From the NCBI RefSeq assembly GCF_963921235.1, contig NC_086097.1, positions 197,534,001-197,598,000 on the forward strand: a DNA stretch of 64,000 nt, in the 5' to 3' direction. Below, one piece after another: positions 48,701 through 61,074 of the stretch. Made by a program: the position numbers and the translations under genes. This DNA comes from Mobula hypostoma. Taxonomy: Eukaryota. Below the pieces are notes generated by a model, which searched no databases, was not told where the DNA came from, and worked only from the letters and a program-made list of their open reading frames with translations. Position 1 is the stretch's first letter. Every line of letters starts with the position of its first letter.

Positions 48701-50234
48701 AGCAGAAGTTTTTGAATTGCCTCTTTTACGCTTTATTTAATGTTTTAGTTTTTCTTAGAAATTCAGTTCAATATTTTCAGAATAGCTTCTACTACTGTTG
48801 GCAAACTGAAGTTATCTTGCACATTATGAATATGTTATCAGAAACCAATCCATTAAATTGTTGATCATCAACAAGTATAACACCTTAGAGTAATAGTGAC
48901 CAATAACTATCCATCATTGCACAAACAAGTTAGATTAAATTCTTTTTAAAGCGAAATTAGGAAATCACTAGAACTGCTCAGAAGGTCAGAAACCATACAT
49001 AGTAAAAGGAAATTTGGTATTAATGAGAATTATCATAATAGTTTTGGTTTAGGTAGCCTACACTGATTGTCCCACTAATGATCTTTGATGGGTTTTTGTG
49101 CTAATAAAATTAATTGTATCATAAAAGAACTGAATTCTTAGCCAGACTGTATAAAATGTAAAGTCCGCCAATTGGTGGTTGAGTTAATTTTCCTCACTAT
49201 GGCGTATTTGTAATCAACACACTTCAAAGGATGTTGTTGTCATAATCACTCAAATTGCTTATTTTGCTTTCTGTTATGTTACTGTTCTTTTATTTGCTTC
49301 TGTGTCAGTTCATCTGCTGTCGAAGTCCTCAGTTTTGCTCTTGAAGCCCCCAAACCTATTTGAATTGATTCATGGATGAGCTATTTCTCACCCCCTCTCC
49401 TGTGATTCTCCCAATTCTGGTCTCATGATCATTCCTGAATTTACTTCCTCTGTCAGCTTAAATATCAGCAGTGTTAAGCCATAAATTTGCTTCTTCAAAA
49501 TGCTTATTAAAGCCTACCTCTAACTAAGCAGTCTGCCCTATTATTTCCTTACAATTTTTGTGGCATAATTTATTTGATAGTTTCTATGATTATTTTCCAT
49601 ATTGAAAGTACTTTAGACATATTGTTTTTGTAATGAGAAGTTCAGTATACATACATGTTGCTTGTGCAATTACCATACCATAAACTGAATAATCTAGATA
49701 ACTAAAACTTAATTCATTTTATATCAAGTAGACTCTCAACAAATGATCAGCTCTATTATTACTGTGCATGAGAAATAACTTTTAAAGAAAGAAACTGTTA
49801 ACGAAATAGTCTATTAATAATTTTGAAATTACCTACTCCAATATAATTAAATGAGCAATTTTGGTTTTTTTTTGCTTGAAGGAGCAGCCAAAAAGTCGAA
49901 TAAACCAGCAAACATTTTTCTTTACAGTCCTCTTTTTACAGTAAAGTGTAGCATACCTCTGAATTATGTGCTGAATTTTAATTGACACGCTCTTCCTTAA
50001 TTCAGTAAAATATATTTGGTAAGGCAATGAGTTTCGAAAAATGTAGCAATACCTTGTAGACAATCCAGATATTTTAACATTTGCATTTTTTTTGAAGTCC
50101 ATTTTGATATTTTCAAACTGGCTATTTGTTAAGATACTATTTTAGTTAATACTGGAATGCTATTTCAATTGTTACTAGAATGCAGAATAGCAATTAATTT
50201 GTTATGTGGGTTATCTTGCACCATGTTGAATTAT

Positions 50235-50515
50235 CTTAGAATCATAGAGCACTATATCACAGAAACAGGCCTTTTGGCCATCTAGTCCATGGCGGCCTCG
50301 TTCTCTGCCTCTTCCCATTAACCTGCGACTAGACCATAGCCCTCCTTGCCTCTCTCATCCAAACTTTTCTTAACTGTTACAATTGAACCAACACCCACGA
50401 CGTCCACTAATTAGCATCTTGCTCTACACTCACACCACCCCCGAGTGAAGTAGTCTCTCTTAGTCTCCCCTTAAATATTTCAACTTTCACTTTAAACCTA
50501 TGACCGACAGTTCTT
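50235..50515 (-). mobile_element. Old CR1 3' end
   Basis: The pattern CATAGAGCACTA..CACAGAAACAGGCCTTTTGGCC matches the other CR1 tails in this window. Confidence 0.65.
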
Positions 50516-52849
50516 GCAAGTTATGAGAATGTGCTAACTCATGGATTTTAAACTAAACTGAATGAAAATTTACTCTTCGGATAAACTGCAATGTTAATGT
50601 TATGTCATCTGTAGGCTGTGCAGTGAACTGAATGCAGCAAATCAAACTAAAATTATTGCTGTATTCGAAACACTATCTTTAAGCTAAGAGCTTGTTTCTA
50701 TTAATAGGTAATGGAAAAGGCTACTGAAAAAAATTCTAATGGGTTTATAAAGATGAATGTGAATTCAAGATTGTTTCAAACATATTGCAATATACAGGAA
50801 ACATATTAAAGGTTCTTAATTGTTGCTAATTGTGACTATCTAGCCAAGACACCAGTGTTACATATTTATTGGAAATTTTTTGGAGAAAGTACAATTATAG
50901 ATCTTTGACCTTGGGAAAATAGGCCATGAAATGTGTTCGCCTTCCTTTATTTTTATTGGCCAGTGAGAGGTTTTTGAGAACAAGTAGCAAGCTCCAACTT
51001 CAATGATACTGCACTATACTAGTCTACTGACATCTCTTAGATATGAGGTATACTTTGGCTGTGGCAGGTGCTGATGAGGTTCTGGAAATGAATCTGATCT
51101 GAGAAACATTGAAGATGAGCACAATACAATTGAAAGCAAAACGTTCAGTGACTACGCTAGTGTAATTTGCGTGGGATTTGAAAATTAGGTGAATGATCTT
51201 ATATTTCCATGTAGACATGAAGCACTCTGGATATAAAATAAGAAGGCATTAGGTAGACCCAAGAAGCAATTGAGTTGAAGACATAGTTTATATGGTGCAG
51301 GCCTCATCAGTACAAACTGAAGACCACATGATTCAATTTCTGCTGGTGTTTTTCAGCACTGAATTTTGCAGTGATCATGAGGAAATTCTGAGAAGCTGCT
51401 TTTTAAAAAATATATATATATATTAATGAGAGAGTCACTAATTTATTATCCCAGTCGTAGAGTTTTACAGTGCGGAAACGGGCCCTTCAGTGCAACTTGT
51501 CTATAACAACCAAGTCATCAATCTGAACTGCATTTGGTTGATGTTGCTCTTGACCTGTTCTATCCATGTAATTGACCAAATAACTTTTAAGCATTTTAAT
51601 TGTATTCTGGTAGCTTGTTTCATATACCCCTATCCACTGTGTGGAAAAACATTGTCTCATAGGACCCTTGTAAATGTTTCCCCTCATCTGTATGTGTACT
51701 ATATACAACGATGAGATTTATCTGCTCACATGCAGCCACAGAATAAAGAAACATAATAGAATCCATTTAAAAAGCCCCACACAGCAAAGTCCATCCAATA
51801 CCCAATGTGCGGAAAAAAAGAACAAAAGAAAAAAAAAGAAAAAAAGAGCAAACAATAAAAAAGTAAACAAATAATATGCAGAACATGAACTGCAAAGTCC
51901 CCAAAAGTAAGTCCATAGCCATGGAACTAGTTCAGTCGTGAGGCAAGTGAAGCTGGTCCAGGAGCTCAGTGGCTGCAAGCCACAGCCACAGAGCTAGTTC
52001 AGTGCTGAGGTGAGTGCTGATGATTGCAGGCCACAGCTGTGGAGTCATTTCAGCATTGAACACCGGTTCATCCTTCGCCCTTGGCCTTGACGCTTTGATC
52101 TTTTAATCTGGCTCAGTGCTTAAATCAGCTAACTATTGGTTTGTTTCCGCTTTCAGATCCTGGCCCCAGCATGTCAATCTGGCCCCAAGACCCTGCATGG
52201 AGTTGTCTGCTCTCTCCATGATTTTATGTATTTCTTTAAGATTACCCTTCAGTCTGCTACATTCCAGGGAAAAAAAGTCCCAGCGTTTCCTTATAACTTA
52301 AGCTTTCCAGTACTGGTGACATCCTCATGAATCTTTTCTGCACCATTTAAAGCTCCATGTCATCCTTATTTTAAACTGCAGGCTCAGGTAAATTTACCAG
52401 TTAGTGCCCTGGGCCATACCAAAGTGAATTTTAATGAGATGAGAGTTGGGATAGGATGAAATGAGATGTACACTGTATTTTTTTATTATAGCAAACTATT
52501 ATCAGTTTTAGTTATACCCTTATCATTGCATGGAATAAACAGAAATATTGCTCTTCTGGTTGAAACATTGCATCATGACTGAGATTATTGGGGGAAGATA
52601 GCCATATAAAGAGGAGAGAGGGTATGGTGAGGTGATAGGTGGTCTGATGAGGGCTTATTGACAGAAGAAGCCAGGTGGGGAGTGGTCAGAGGATGTAACA
52701 GGGAGACAATCGGATGAGTAATGGGTGAAAACAGACAAGAGGGGTAAAAAAAAAAGGCAGATGGAGCCAGGTAGTGGGATGGTTAAAGTGTAGATGGGAT
52801 GGAGAGTGATGACAAAGGCTACAGTTCTGGAATTTGGTAAGTAAGGACA

Positions 52850-53610
52850 ATCCCCAACTCTCTTTACCTCCCTTGACTTCCTCACTGGTAGATCAGTCTG
52901 TGTGGATCGGAAGTAACATCTCCTCCTCACGGATGCTCATCGAGGATGGATTGTGAGCCCACTGCTGTACTCTCTCTACATGCTCGATTATGTGGCTAGG
53001 CACAGCTGAAAAGCCGTCTATAAATTTGCTGATGACACATCTATTGTTGGTAGAATTTCAAGTGCGTGTAGGAGCGAGATAAATCAGCTGGTTGAGTGGC
53101 GTTGCAGCAGCAACCTTGCATTCAACATTATTAAGACCAAGGATATAACTGTGGTTTTCATGAAGAAGAAGTCACGGGACCACACACCAGTCCTCATCGA
53201 GAGATCAGAAGTGCAAAGTGTGAGAGGTTTCAAGTACCTGTGTGTCAACATCTCTGAGGATCTATCCTGTGCCTGACATATTGATACAATTACATAGGAG
53301 ACATGACAGTGGCTATATTTCATTGAGAGTTTGAAAAGATTTGATATGTCACCAAAGACATTTCCAATTTTCTACTGTAAAGAGGTTTCTGAGTGGTTGC
53401 ATCACCATCTGGTATGGAGTGGCCACTGCACAAGATTGGAAAAAGCTGCAGGAAGTTGTAAGCTCAGTCAGCTCCATCAGAGGCATTAGCCTCCCCGCAT
53501 TCAGGCTACCTTCAAAAGGCGATGCCTCAAAAAGGGAGCACCCTGAATCAGGCCATGCCTGCTTATTGCTATCATCAAGGAGGAAGTACAGGAGCCTAAA
53601 GATACACACT
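52850..53610 (+). mobile_element. Degenerate Rex1/Babar RT fragment
   Basis: Remnants include LSPLLYSL, KFADDT, FKYL and LSGCITIWYG. Confidence 0.7.
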
Positions 53611-54792
53611 TGCACAGTGCAGCCAGTTCATCAAAGACATCACGTAAAACCTGTGAAGCTACTTCGTATGTAATGTTTATCAATTTCTTGTGATAGTATT
53701 TAGCCACAGGGTCATTTGACTGATCTTTTTCAATAAAAACTTAGTAAGCTATCTACAGGATTTGAAACAGATCTTTGTAAACTTTATGATATGTCCGCCA
53801 AAGATGGCTGCCGCCGTGATGCAGCTGTACAAACCGGAACAGGAAAGGTGAGGTGACGTAAATTAGTGTTGTGCATTGTGGTATTTGAAAAACCAACCAA
53901 CTAGTTAACAGAAACATTTAGCTGAAAGATTATTTTCAATAAGTATAAATATTAGTTACTACATTATTTTAGGTAGCTATCCTTTTGTGTGCACGTTAAT
54001 TTCCTTTGTGCGCTGGTTGAAAAACGTGCGTGCACGCGCAGACGCGCACAGCTTAGAGGGAACATAAGATCCCATGTATTTTAATCTTTATGATTAACCT
54101 ACGATGAGGGACTTGTCAAATGCCTTACAAAGTCCTTGAAGAGAATACTCAATGCCCAATCACCTTGGTCCCAGACTTAAAAGCTCACTCAAGTTTGTAA
54201 GACTTGTCCTGCCCCACACAGGGCCATAATAACTGTTCCTAATTATCCCATATCTTCCACCTGTGACTAAATCCTATCCCGAAGAATCCTTTGCAGTTTT
54301 TTATTCCAATTACTGTTTGAGGCTCATTGGTCTATCATTTCTTCAACAAATATCAGTATTGGCTAATTGTCACTCCCCTGGTGCCTTGCTTTGGCTAGAA
54401 AGAATACAAGGATTTTTGTTAGAGTTCCAGCAGTCTCCTCTTGCTTCCCGATCCCATCAAACCCTGGGAGTTTATCCACCCTGATGCTCTTCAAGAGAGT
54501 GAATTTCATTTACTGGGGTCTGGCTAAACAGAGGTGTTTTGCCATTCTTCAAGTTCAGGTGTGCTTTGCTTTGATTGCTGTTAGTGGAGGTTGTCCATTG
54601 AGACAAAGACCAGAAGAACCTGCTTGTTGCTGAGCTTGCTGTGCCCTGCTGGATTGGTGTGAGACTGACTGGACAATAGACACCAATTGCTGAATGTGTG
54701 TTGGTTAAAACAGGGCAATTTGACGTATTCTATCTGGTGAAAAAAATACTTTTTATGCAAGGGACTTATTAGGGATTACTCATTTATAAATA

Positions 54793-55318
54793 CAGTCGGC
54801 CCTCCGTATCCACGGGGGTTTGGTTCCGGGACCCCCCGCAGGTACCAAATTCTGTGGATGCTCAAGTCTCATATATAAAATGGCGTAGTATTTACATATA
54901 ACCTACGCACATCCTCCCGTATACTTTAAATCATCTCTAGATCACTTATAATACCTAATACAATGTAAATGCTATGTAAATACGTTTGTAGTTATACTGT
55001 ATTTAGGGAATAATGACAAGAAAAAAAAAGTCTCTACGTGTTCAGTACAGACGCAACCACCATAGCTCTTCTGGAAATGCTGATGCAGCTTCGGCATCTG
55101 TCGATGCGGATTCTCCCGTGATCTTTAAGTTCTTGAGGCTGTAGCGCTTTACATAGCTAGCCAGCCATCCCTTACTAGCCTTAAACTGCTTTCTCTTGTT
55201 CAACGAACGAGAGGTGAGGTGAACAATGCTCAAACAACGAGTGCTGGAGAGAGAACTTCTGTTTTTTTTCGATCCCGATCCATAGTTGGTTGAATCCACG
55301 GATGTGGAGGGCCGACTA
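54793..55318 (-). mobile_element. Tigger/pogo-family non-autonomous element, MER2-like
   Basis: The TIRs are CAGTCGGCCCTCCGTATCC and GGATGTGGAGGGCCGACTA, with TA on both flanks. An internal CENP-B-type HTH remnant reads FKASKGWLASYVKRYSLKNLKITGESAS. Confidence 0.88.
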
Positions 55319-55341
55319 TAATTATAATGACTTGAGTAATT

Positions 55342-58041
55342 CAGTGCCTTGTAAAAGTATTTAGCCCCCAATCTTTTGTTCACATAAATGATTATTACGA
55401 CCAGTGAGTCTGATCAATTTAACTGAGAATTTTATTTGTGAATCACATGTTCCTTTTTTCACATTAGAGCCAAGAAAGCAGGGAAAATTGTAAAGCATCA
55501 AAAATTAAACATTAAAAAACTGGAATGTCCTCAGTTCGAAAGTATTCATCTCCCTTTACTCATTACTTAATTGAATCACCCTTTGCTTAGGACTTAACTG
55601 CAGCTATTACAGCCAGTAGTCTTTTTGGTTAAGTCTCTATTAGCTTTGCACAACATGGTGAAGCAAGATTTGCTCATTTCTCCTTGCAAAATTGCTCAGG
55701 CTGTGCCAGGTAAGTTGGGGAGTGGCGGTGGACTGTTGAAGTCTTGCCAGAGATGTTAAATTAAGTTAAGGTCAGGACTCTGACTGGGCCACTCAAGGAC
55801 ATCAATTTTCTTCATTTAGAACATAGAACATAGAATAGTACAGCACAGTACAGGCCCTTCGGCCCACAATGTTGTGCCGACCCTCAAACTCTGCCTCCCA
55901 TATAAGCCCCCAACTTAAATTCCTCCATATACCTGTCTAGTAGTCTCTTAAACTTCACGAGTGTATCTGCCTCCACCACTGACTCAGGCAGTGCATTCCA
56001 CGCACCAACCACTCTCTGAGTAAAAAACCTTCCTCTAATATCCCCCTTGAACTTCCCACCCCTTACCTTAAAGCCATGTCCTCTTGTATTGAGCAGTGGT
56101 GCCCTGGGGAAGAGGCGCTGGCTATCCACTCTATCTATTCCTCTTATTATCTTGTACACCTCTATCATGTCACCTCTCATCCTCCTTCTCTCCAAAGAGT
56201 AAAGCCCTAGCTCCCTTAATCTCTGATCATAATCCATACACTCCAAACTAGGCAGCATCCTGGTAAATCTCCTTTGTACCCTTTCCAATGCTTCCACATC
56301 CTTCCTATAATGAGGCGACCAGAACTGGACACAGTACTCCAAGTGTGGCCTAACCAGAGTTTTATAGAGCTGCATCATTACCTTGCGACTCTTAAACTCT
56401 ATCCCTTGACTTATGAAAGCTAACATCCCATAAGCTTTCTTAACTACCCTATCCACCTGTGAAGCAACTTTCATGGATCTGTGGACATGTACCCCCAGAT
56501 CCCTCTGCTCCTCCACACTACCAAGTATCCTGCCATTTACTTTGTACTCTGCCTTGGAGTTTGTCCTTCCAAAGTGTACCACCTCACACTTCTCCGGGTT
56601 GAACTCCATCTGCCACTTCTCAGCCCACTTCTGCATCCTATCAATGTTTCTCTGCAATCTTCGACAATCCTCTACACTACCTACAACACCACCAACCTTT
56701 GTGTCGTCTGCAAACTTGCCAACCCACGTCCAGGTCATTAATAAAAATCACGAAAAGTAGAGGTCCCAGAACAGATCCTTGTGGGACACCACTAGTCACA
56801 ATCCTCCAATCTGTATGTTCTCCCTCCACCACGACCCTCTGCCTTCTGCAGGCAAGCCAATTCTGAATCCACCTGACCAAACTTCCCTGGATCCCGTGCC
56901 TTCTAACTTTCTGAATAAGCCTACCGTGTGGAACCTTGTCAAATGCCTTACTAAAATCCATATAGATCACATCCACTGCACTACCCTCATCTATATGCCT
57001 GGTTACCTCCTCAAAGAATTTGAAGCCACTCCATAGTTGCTCTGGCAGTGTGTTCTGGATTGTTGTCCTGCTGAAAGACAGACTTCCTCCCTAGTTTAAG
57101 CTCTTCATTTAGCAGCATTCATCTACCCATCAATCCTGACCAGATTTCCAGTCCATGTTGCTGAATACCATCCCCATAGCATGATGCTACCTCCATCATA
57201 TTTTACAGTAGGGCTGGTGTTACCTGGCTGATGCAGAGTATTAGATTTATGCCACCTGTACTGCTTAGTTTTGAGGCCAAAAAGTTCTACTTTATTCTAA
57301 CTGGACTACAAGACCTTCTTCCACGTCTTTACAGTATCTTCTAAGTGGCGCTTTGAAGTTTTGGGGCTGTTTACTTCCCTTCGATTTTTAGCCACTGACT
57401 TGTGCGGTTCATTTAGGGTGACCGTTGGTGTCATAGTAGCCTCTCTTATAAGAGCCATTCTTCTCCAGTGACTACGTTCAGAGCGGTGGCCTGACCTAAT
57501 AGCAATAGTTTCATATTTTTTTCCACTTTTTCACGATGGACTGCACTGAGCTCCAGTTCAGTGCCTTTGAGATGGCCTTGTGCCTTTCCCCACATTTGTG
57601 CATCTCTATTATAATTTCCCTGACTTGACTTGAATGTTCCTTTGTCTTTATTTTTAATTTGGTCTTTTGAATATCTACCAATCTGTTGGAATTTTCAGAG
57701 AGCAGGGTGTATTTATTCTAATGAATTCATTGAAAACAGATAATCCTCCAATTTTCTGCATCAACAAATTGGGTGAGTTGGTAAGGTAATATATGTTATG
57801 TACCTGAGGAAAGTTAGCAAAGTAATTACAAAGGGGATGAACACTTTTTCATACTCACAATTTTGGTTTTTAATTTTTAGTAGCTTGTTGATAGGTTTTG
57901 GAGTTTTTCTTTTGATATGACAAGGTGCACAATGTTTTGCAGATTAGCGCAAAATCCTACTTAAATATATTTTAAAGTCAGAAAATGAGACAGTAAAATG
58001 TGAAAATAGTTCTCGGGGCTGAATATTTTTTCAAGGCACTG
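55342..58041 (-). mobile_element. Tc1-family transposon, decayed, split by CR1
   Basis: The TIRs are CAGTGCCTTGTAAAAGTATTTAGCCCC and GGGGCTGAATATTTTTTCAAGGCACTG+TA. Minus-strand transposase remnants include QQDNNPEH and WPSQSPDLN. Confidence 0.85.
55818..57018 (-). mobile_element. CR1 family C, 5'-truncated, inside the Tc1
   Basis: ORFs 55884-56738 and 56677-56976 carry FADD and GVPQGS. The tail is (TTCTATG)n. Confidence 0.92.
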
Positions 58042-59179
58042 TATGTTGATCTTCATCCGGTGTTTAGTTTTGTGGTATTTTGTATAGTTAAAGATACTTG
58101 AATTTACATGATCCATGACTTGGTGTTTAGAATTTGTAATAATAGCAGTATCTAAAAAAGAGTCGGTCTCAATATTGTCCCAAGTTGTGATGACTGATTG
58201 CTGATTTGCTGTGGAACTGTGGGTTGTTTTCAACTGTAGTCCTCTGTGTGGTGAGACACATGCTTGGTAGTGCATATGTGCTGAAAGGCAGATATGATAC
58301 ACTGGATTCAAGGTATCCAGTTGTTTGTTCCTCTACGACACTCATCATTGAAGCTCTGTGACTAAGGCAAGAGAGTGACTGGATGTACCTGTCATTCAGG
58401 TCTCAGTTTTATGCAGGCAAGACTAGAGGTCCCATTCATTTGAATGGAAAATTGGAATTGGTGCATTATTGTCACATTTATCAAGACACGGATGAAATTA
58501 CTACACAGTGCATTGAGGGAGAACAAGATAAACTAATAACAGAATTCATAATAAATCATAACTGCTACAGAGAAATTGCAGGTAGACGAAAAGGTGAAAG
58601 ATCATGAGAAGGTAGATTGTGAGATCACAGGTCCATTTTATCTTACTAGGGAATTATGTAATAGTCTTATTAATAGTGGATTAGAAGTCTCCACTCTTCC
58701 ATTGGCAGAAGTGTCTTGAGATACATGCTTTTTTATCTTCTGTTGATGGAAGAGGGGAGAAGAGAGAATGATCAGGATAGGTGGGGTCTCTGTGCTGACT
58801 ACTTCAGAACCCTGATGAAGGGGTCCCAACTTGACATGTCACCTGTTTATTCCCCTTCATAAATGAGGCCTGACCTGTGAGTTATTCTAGCATTTTGTGG
58901 GTTGTGTTGTATATCCAGATAGGATACTTTCTACGGTGTATGGGTAAAAATAACTAAGGGGCAATAGGGATTTGCCAAATTTCTTTAGCTTCCTTAGGGA
59001 GTAGAGACAATGGTGAACTCTCTCGGCTGTGACACAGTAGGATCAGGCCAGGCTTTTGGTCATGTTCATTCCTAAGAACTTGAAGCTCCCAAGCTTAACC
59101 CCGTTAATATAGAAAGGAGCATGTGCACCACCCAACAATGCTTTACTATCTTTATTAGTACAGTACATTGTCAAATTAT

Positions 59180-59890
59180 AAAGCAAAATGTCATACAACA
59201 TGAAAACAAGTCATTCAACCCAAGACATCCATACTGACCAATGGTAACCCAACTGTATCAAACCCTTCTCCCAGTACCTGACCCTTAGCCTTCTTTTACA
59301 AGTGCTTATCTAGACACTTTCTAAATGTTGTCAGCATCTCTGTTGCAAGCACTTCGAGGCATGTATTTGAGATACTTCCCAGTCTATGGGTGAAAAAGTT
59401 ACCCCCTTGGCTCCCCTCTAAATTCTCTTGCCTGTTATCCTGAATCTATCCTTTAGTTTTATACACCTCTGATATAAGGAATAATTTCCAACAGTCATCC
59501 CTCATCATTTTATATGCCACAATTATACCCCTTTTTAACCTCCTCTGCTCCAGGAAGCACACACCAAAACTCAGCAGTCTGTCCTCATAACGAAAATGCT
59601 CCATTTAAGACGCCCTTCTGGTGAATCTCCTCTGCGCCTTTTCCAGGGCAATTACATTAGATCTGAGATGAGGAGAAATTTATTCCCTTAGAGTAATGAG
59701 CATATCGAATGAACTTGCACATCAGATTGTGAACACAAAGACATTGAATCTATCTTTAAAAAAACTGCTGAATATATTTCAATTTGCAATAAACATTAAG
59801 GGGTATTAAGTGAGAAAGATAGATGATGACCCATGATTATTTTGAATGGAAGAGCAGGCTTGAATGGTTGAAATTCTACAGCTCCCATTT
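59180..59890. mobile_element. Two highly degenerate CR1 3' fragments in opposite orientation
   Basis: There is weak similarity to CR1 3' regions, on the minus strand to about 59660 and on the plus strand afterwards. Confidence 0.45.
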
Positions 59891-60879
59891 ACTCTTTGTA
59901 TGGTTTTGTTATTATAATATGTGTTTTACAGTGTTTTAATTAACAATTTTTATTTTAAATCTTTTTTTGATGGCCTAAGTAGCAGGCATTGTTCAGAACA
60001 GTCAGCTATTGCATTCATGAACTACTTTTGCGAAAAACATCAGATAATTAATCAAAAGTGAAAATGAAGCTACCGTATTTACATAGCAGCTGGATTTGAT
60101 TCAGTTTTGATTTTCATCTGAAAGTAAAGTCCACTGGCTTCAATTATTATTTGGAAAGCCATTTAATTGAGTTATTAACATTGTTTATTCATTTGCAGTT
60201 ATTTGTCTCTGAACAACCTTTTGACTGGGAAATGCAAGTAGATGAGCTATTTGGAGTTTTTCAGAAGAAAGTATTAAACTGAATTAGTTTAATTTTCATT
60301 CAACAACCCTTTAAATTACTCAGCATGCATTTAATTTACTGAACTTATGAAAGAGGATATGGCTCAAAATGATTTTCTTCAATAAGGAGGCAATTAGAAT
60401 CAAATTAAAATCTTGTTTACAATTGCTATTTAAAGTGAATATAAATTATCTAAAATTATATTCAATTTAACAATACTGAATTGGTTTTATAAAGAAATAA
60501 GCCTCCTTAGAAAATAAAATTATGAGCAGTATCCGGTTCAGATGTTTTCAGAAGTGTTTTTAACTTCTTAGAATTAAATCTTGGTTTTAGCATTCACAAT
60601 TTTTTATTGGAATTTCTTTGTTTAGCACTGTTCTTTTGTGTACTGCAAATTTCTCTTGTATCAGCTTAGGTGGAATACTGTATGTATTTGATTTCAAGGT
60701 TACATCAAGTCAATGACTACTTTTGTCCAAGTTAACACCACAAATTTAAATACAACATAATTCTAAAATGACATACTTTGGGAGCTTTATATCTCTTTTT
60801 AAGGGATTATTCAGTTTTGCTTGTTTTCTGACTCCAACAGCTTAATTTCAGATAAAAGGTAATGTGTTAAGATTGCAAT

Positions 60880-61047
60880 ATAGAACATAGAATAGTACAG
60901 CACAGTACAGGCCCTTCGGCCCACAATGTTGTGCCGACCCTCAAACCCTGCCTCCCATATAAGCCCCCACCTTAAATTCCTCCATATACCTGTCTAGTAG
61001 TCTCTTAAACTTCACTGGTGTATCTGCCTCCACCACTGACTCAGGCA
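60880..61047 (-). mobile_element. Short young CR1 family C 3' end
   Basis: It is near-identical to 55818-55990. Confidence 0.9.
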
Positions 61048-61074
61048 TATATTGATATGTACCAATCAATTTGA

